Positions 59,521 to 64,000 of a DNA stretch of 64,000 nt are shown here, one piece after another. The stretch is from Euryarchaeota archaeon UBA103 (GTDB lineage Archaea; Thermoplasmatota; Poseidoniia; Poseidoniales; Thalassarchaeaceae). The position numbers and the translations under genes were made by a program. The notes under the pieces are model-generated. The model searched no databases. It worked only from the letters and a program-made list of their open reading frames with translations, and had not been told where the DNA came from. Location of the stretch: NCBI GenBank assembly GCA_002506825.1, contig DAYH01000031.1:3465-67464 (forward strand). Direction: 5' to 3'. Position 1 is the first letter of the stretch. Every line of letters begins with the position of its first letter.

Positions 59521-62500
59521 TCACCATGCGTCATCTGCTGAACCAAGTATTATGGCCGCATCAATTGTATCTGCTTCATCTCTTGCTATTGCTCTCCTAA
59601 GTCCAGCGGTTTTAACCATCGTACTAACTCCCCCTGTAAGTCCTAGATTGGCCTTTATCATAGCAGTAAATATCGCTGGCAATAAGATAAGTGCCGCAAT
59701 TGCCGCAACAAGTAATAGTAGAATAATTACTGTAATGAATGGCTTAATGGCTTCAATTGGTATAAGATAAGCACAGGTAAGTCCACCAGCAGTTACAGTC
59801 GTTGCCTCAAATAAGCTCAATCCAGTACTGGCACAAGCCGTCTGTATCGCCTCTATTGTTCCACCCTGCTCTTTAATTCTGTTAGCTATGTGAATTGAAA
59901 AATCAACACCCACGCCAACCAGTATGGAACCAATCATTACAGTTATCAGGGATAAATCCACATCAAGGCCATCCATTGCCAGCCATTGCATCATTACCGT
60001 AAAACCAACAGGAAGGGTTGTCAGAATTGCATATCTAACATCTCTGAATACCAATGCCAGGGTCAATACTGTGAATAATAGTGCGAATCCAAGTGATGAC
60101 CACTGTGAATCTACGATTAGATTGTTTACTTCTATAGTGATTGAAGCTACTCCTATTAATGTACTTGAAGTTACAGCCCCATCTTTCTCTTCCTCGGCAT
60201 ATCGATTTACTTCATCTACGGCCAGAGTAGTGCTCTGGACATCCATAAATGGCATATCTATGTATATCAGACTCTTGTCATAACCTGGAGCGATAAACAA
60301 TTCCCTCATCTCCAAGGTCATACTTTCATAGAAAACGTAAATTAAGAAATTCTGAGATTGTACCCCGCCCGTATCTTGAAGATCAAGATAATTTAGCGCA
60401 CTCCAGAATGATAAGTTTCCAGTTTGCTCCCTGTCGAAAATTAATTCTGCTACATCTTTAATTGGCTGTGGGGCTTGATCGGGTATAAGATCACTAACCG
60501 GTGAACCAGATACATTGACACCCACTCCTATTGCCTTCATTAGGAAGACAATGGATACCGCTGTAGTATTTTCAACAGAATTACATTTGGTTTCCAGTTG
60601 CTCAATACCTTTGAGATTTGAAAATGGATCCTTCTGAGCACCGGCTTCAGGAATGGGGTCTGGATCTGCAAATATATCTGATTCGATTAAGAGGAAGCCT
60701 GGTTGTCCAGCATTAAACTCATCAGAGTAAATGCCCATTTTATCTACTGCATCTACACCTGCTGGAGCCATCTTAAGCAAGTCGATATTTTCCTCAACGT
60801 TGGGTCTGTTGTATCCAGCAGATATTACCATTGCCATCATGAAAACCACTAGTGTCACTCTAGTCCATTTTATTGGCACTCCTACCGCACCTTGGAAAAT
60901 CTTTGGAGGGGGATGCGATGGTTTCTTTAAATCGAGCATCATAGTTAGATTAGGCACCATCAACATCGTCATCAGGTACACTACAACTATCCCACCAGAT
61001 AATGCAAAACCTATGGTCTGAATAGGCTTCATTGGAACGAAAACTAGAGAAATAAATCCGATAATTGTGGTTAATGCAGATAGTAGTACTGCTCTTCCAG
61101 TAGAGCTTATGGCCTCAGACATTTTCTCTCTCGGAGAACCCTTTGCTTCAGCATAACGATTAGTGATATGGAGTCCATAGGATACTCCTAGCGCCAGTAC
61201 TATAGGACCAACAATTATCACCGTCATAGTCACCTCATAGTCTGTATATCCAATGAAACCGAGAGTTATCCAAACGGAGCATAGTGTAGGCAGTCCAGAA
61301 ATAATTAATGTCTTGACTCCCTGAACCCACCTAATCCTCCCTGTCTGTAATAGATCACAATGAAAAAGGAATAAACCAAATGCCACTATGACCACTCCAA
61401 CTGGAAAAACTTGCCAGAACAATTGGAACGATTTCTCTGTAATTGCATTAGTTAGTGGTACTGGTCCTGTCAGGGTCATCTTAAGGCCGAGCTCTGAACC
61501 ATCGCATATCTCTGACCCCTCATCTGACTCAGGATCTACTTCATTTCCATCAGAATCTTTACAAATCCAATTATTTTCCTCAGAAATAGTATCGATTGTA
61601 GCCTGTGTTTCCTCTATGATGTTGGAGATTGTGGTATCATCCTCCCCGTCCCCATTGAGATCAAGATTACTACTGATTCCAATAATTATAACCGCTCTAT
61701 TCCAATAGCCAGCTTCTACTGTATTTCCCTTACCTACGTCTCTTACTAATTTATCCAGGGCATTTTGAGGCATCTCTCCAAGAATTTGATCAACCCTCTC
61801 CTGCTCATCTGGAATCGAATAATCTCCGATTAAATTCGATTGTTCATCCACCAATTCATCGATTTGTTGTGAGAAGTCATCGCTTCCAGTAGCCTCAGCA
61901 ATACCGGAAAAGAAAGCCTTCACAACTCTGCCGCCACTGGAATTCACTTCCTTTACTACTGTTGACACTGATAAGACGTATATGACGAAATCCTCCTCTC
62001 CCTTGTCATCTCTTACTGTATTCAAGGCACTCTCCACTTTGTCTAATTGTTTGAGTATTGGCAATTCATCGACGCCGGTTTTTTCAGATTCAACGTATAT
62101 CACCATGACATTGGTTGTCCAATTTTTCTCGACATTTTCAATATCTCTCTGCACATCGGACCCAACGGGCAAATATACCGCCATGTCTCCATTGACATTC
62201 AGTGCGCCCTCCTCGTCACAATAGTCATTCTCAAAGCCATCTCTACAATCAAGAATGCCTGAATGCCTACCCAGTAATGCTGTAACTGTAAGACAAAGAA
62301 TAACGGTGATCACGGGTACTTTTGTTATCAGATCGCTAATTGTAGAGTCTACCAAAGCTCTTTTTATTGATACGGGGGACCTTCTTATAGAATTAAGTGC
62401 TTTTTTAGAGTCAAAATCGGATACTTTACCGCGTAAATATGATACAGATGATACTGGCGCTCCTGCGAGGTTCCCAAGTACTTCGCGTAAAGAGGAACTA

Positions 62501-62523
62501 GAATCCTTATCCGGCTCTGTCAT
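59521..62523 (-). CDS. RND/MMPL-family transporter
   Basis: Two TM-loop-5TM halves; LTGPVP, LGVSYGLHI..RY, TGRAVLLSALTT, GVGVDFSIHI. Confidence 0.88.
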   Translation of the reverse strand: MTEPDKDSSSSLREVLGNLAGAPVSSVSYLRGKVSDFDSKKALNSIRRSPVSIKRALVDSTISDLITKVPVITVILCLTVTALLGRHSGILDCRDGFENDYCDEEGALNVNGDMAVYLPVGSDVQRDIENVEKNWTTNVMVIYVESEKTGVDELPILKQLDKVESALNTVRDDKGEEDFVIYVLSVSTVVKEVNSSGGRVVKAFFSGIAEATGSDDFSQQIDELVDEQSNLIGDYSIPDEQERVDQILGEMPQNALDKLVRDVGKGNTVEAGYWNRAVIIIGISSNLDLNGDGEDDTTISNIIEETQATIDTISEENNWICKDSDGNEVDPESDEGSEICDGSELGLKMTLTGPVPLTNAITEKSFQLFWQVFPVGVVIVAFGLFLFHCDLLQTGRIRWVQGVKTLIISGLPTLCSVWITLGFIGYTDYEVTMTVIIVGPIVLALGVSYGLHITNRYAEAKGSPREKMSEAISSTGRAVLLSALTTIIGFISLVFVPMKPIQTIGFALSGGIVVVYLMTMLMVPNLTMMLDLKKPSHPPPKIFQGAVGVPIKWTRVTLVVFMMAMVISAGYNRPNVEENIDLLKMAPAGVDAVDKMGIYSDEFNAGQPGFLLIESDIFADPDPIPEAGAQKDPFSNLKGIEQLETKCNSVENTTAVSIVFLMKAIGVGVNVSGSPVSDLIPDQAPQPIKDVAELIFDREQTGNLSFWSALNYLDLQDTGGVQSQNFLIYVFYESMTLEMRELFIAPGYDKSLIYIDMPFMDVQSTTLAVDEVNRYAEEEKDGAVTSSTLIGVASITIEVNNLIVDSQWSSLGFALLFTVLTLALVFRDVRYAILTTLPVGFTVMMQWLAMDGLDVDLSLITVMIGSILVGVGVDFSIHIANRIKEQGGTIEAIQTACASTGLSLFEATTVTAGGLTCAYLIPIEAIKPFITVIILLLLVAAIAALILLPAIFTAMIKANLGLTGGVSTMVKTAGLRRAIARDEADTIDAAIILGSADDAW

Positions 62524-62659
62524 GATACGTACCTGTGCGATAACCGACGGGACTTCAACCCCACGCTGTTTAGTTATTCGCAAATCCAATATTATTACTT
62601 CGGAATGATTCGGCAACAGTGAATAATGAGTGTTCTCAGGAGCTTACCAGAGTGGGATT

Positions 62660-64000
62660 ATGGGAGACCCAAAAATAACTGATAAGAGGTGGACCATTGA
62701 TCTCGAAAAGAGGATTCAAGAGTCCCATTATGAGGCCAACCCGTCTAGATACTCATTCGATCCAAAAAGTGATAAGGAGCTTTTCGTAATAGATACCCCT
62801 CCACCTTACCCTAGTGGAACATGGCACATAGGTGCTGTCGCCCAGTATAGCATGATTGATGTGATTGCAAGAAGTCAGAGATTGATTGGCAAAGAAGTAT
62901 TATTTCCTTGGGGCGTAGATAGAAATGGAATAAATATTGAATTTACCGTAGAAAAAAAGACTGGTAAGAAAATGCGGACATATGACAGAGGGGATTTCAT
63001 TGATCTCTGTAAAGAAACTATTGAGGTCTATACTCAGGAAATGAGACACACAGCAAAAAGAGTGGGGTTATCTTGTGATTATGAAAATGAGTATCTTACA
63101 GATGACCCAAAATATAGGTCAGTAACACAATCGATTTTTGTAGATCTATTCAAGAGAGGAGACATTATTGAAGATCTTAGGCCAAATATATACGACCCCG
63201 TAGAAGGCACAACTATAGCAGATGCTGAGGTTCAGAGAGTATCCAGAGAGACCCTATTGTGTGATGTTACGTGGATTACGGAAGACGGTGAAGAATTAGT
63301 GATTTCCACTACTAGGCCAGAGTTAATTTGTGCGTGTGGCGTAGTGATGGTTCATCCTGAGGACGAGCGATACCGGCATTTAGTAGGTAAGAGAGTAATT
63401 CTTCCTATTGATGTCCATGGAAGATCCGAATCAGTAGAGATTATGACTCATCCTTCGGTTAAATCTGATTTTGGCAGTGGAATCCTGATGGTATGCTCTT
63501 TTGGAGATCAAAATGACGTCTCGATATTTAGGGAACTTTCCTTAAGCCCATTTGTTGCTATCGGCCTCGACGGAAAATTAACGGAAATCTCAGGACCATT
63601 ACAGGGGTTGAACGTACTAGAAGCAAGAGTCCTTGCAATAGAGATCCTAGAGCAAACGGGAAGACTCAATTCAAAGAGTACAAGGATGCAAGAAATCCCT
63701 GTTAGCGAAAGGGGTGGCAACCCAGTAGAAATCATTCTTCTGAAAGAATGGTATGTCAGACAGACACATGTAATTGACAGGCTCTCTGAAATATCTGACT
63801 ACTGTAATTTCATCCCTGAAAGAAATAAGCAGTTTCTACATGATTGGATGGACGGAATATCCATCGATTGGCCTATTAGCAGAAGAAGGTGGTATCATAC
63901 TGAGGTCCCCATTTGGTATTCAGAGGACCTAACCAAGGTAGTTGTTCCACCAGAGGGAAGCTATGTCCAGCCATGGAGGGACATGCCTCCTGGCGGTTCT
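62660..64000 (+). CDS. valS: Valyl-tRNA synthetase, 3'-truncated by window edge (absent from ORF track)
   Basis: Translated from ATG 62660: IDTPPPYPSGTWHIGA, G.DRNG..IE, T.IADAEV, STTRPEL, FGSG..MVC.FGD, W..SRRR. Confidence 0.92.
   Translation, partial: MGDPKITDKRWTIDLEKRIQESHYEANPSRYSFDPKSDKELFVIDTPPPYPSGTWHIGAVAQYSMIDVIARSQRLIGKEVLFPWGVDRNGINIEFTVEKKTGKKMRTYDRGDFIDLCKETIEVYTQEMRHTAKRVGLSCDYENEYLTDDPKYRSVTQSIFVDLFKRGDIIEDLRPNIYDPVEGTTIADAEVQRVSRETLLCDVTWITEDGEELVISTTRPELICACGVVMVHPEDERYRHLVGKRVILPIDVHGRSESVEIMTHPSVKSDFGSGILMVCSFGDQNDVSIFRELSLSPFVAIGLDGKLTEISGPLQGLNVLEARVLAIEILEQTGRLNSKSTRMQEIPVSERGGNPVEIILLKEWYVRQTHVIDRLSEISDYCNFIPERNKQFLHDWMDGISIDWPISRRRWYHTEVPIWYSEDLTKVVVPPEGSYVQPWRDMPPGGS

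Noticed and set aside
1-64000. CRISPR arrays, IS elements, prophage or defence island, rRNA
   Set aside because: No regularly spaced repeats or transposase, integrase or capsid motifs seen by eye; EVE and MazG occur singly in housekeeping context

Overview
Gene-dense housekeeping region of an archaeal chromosome. It is most likely Marine Group II (Ca. Poseidoniales, Thermoplasmatota), inferred from an unsplit RpoB with split RpoA'/A'', S3Ae, L30e, aCPSF1 and proteasome beta alongside many bacterial-type metabolic genes (thyA-folA, pntAB, dimeric MDH, class 2 pyrD, plsC, bacterial-like topA). About 55 CDS are present, plus tRNA-Lys(TTT), tRNA-Pro(TGG) and the SRP (7S) RNA. I saw no CRISPR array, transposase, integrase or rRNA. 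Strongest leads: (1) RpoH and RpoA'' start with the same ~50-aa helical module (25/50 identical by manual alignment), and RpoA' has a ~140-aa Cys-containing insert in the dock region. (2) A perfect 25-bp purine-pyrimidine alternation (Z-DNA-prone) lies just upstream of topA. (3) Four paralogous coiled-coil genes bracket a membrane/Zn-ribbon/DtxR operon. (4) A non-canonical TTCAA(R/T) box sits exactly 29 nt before several start codons. (5) Unusual fusions or extensions occur in PrmC-BirA, S3Ae-SAP and the TopA C-terminal helical repeats. All family calls come from recognising motifs by eye; no database searches were run.
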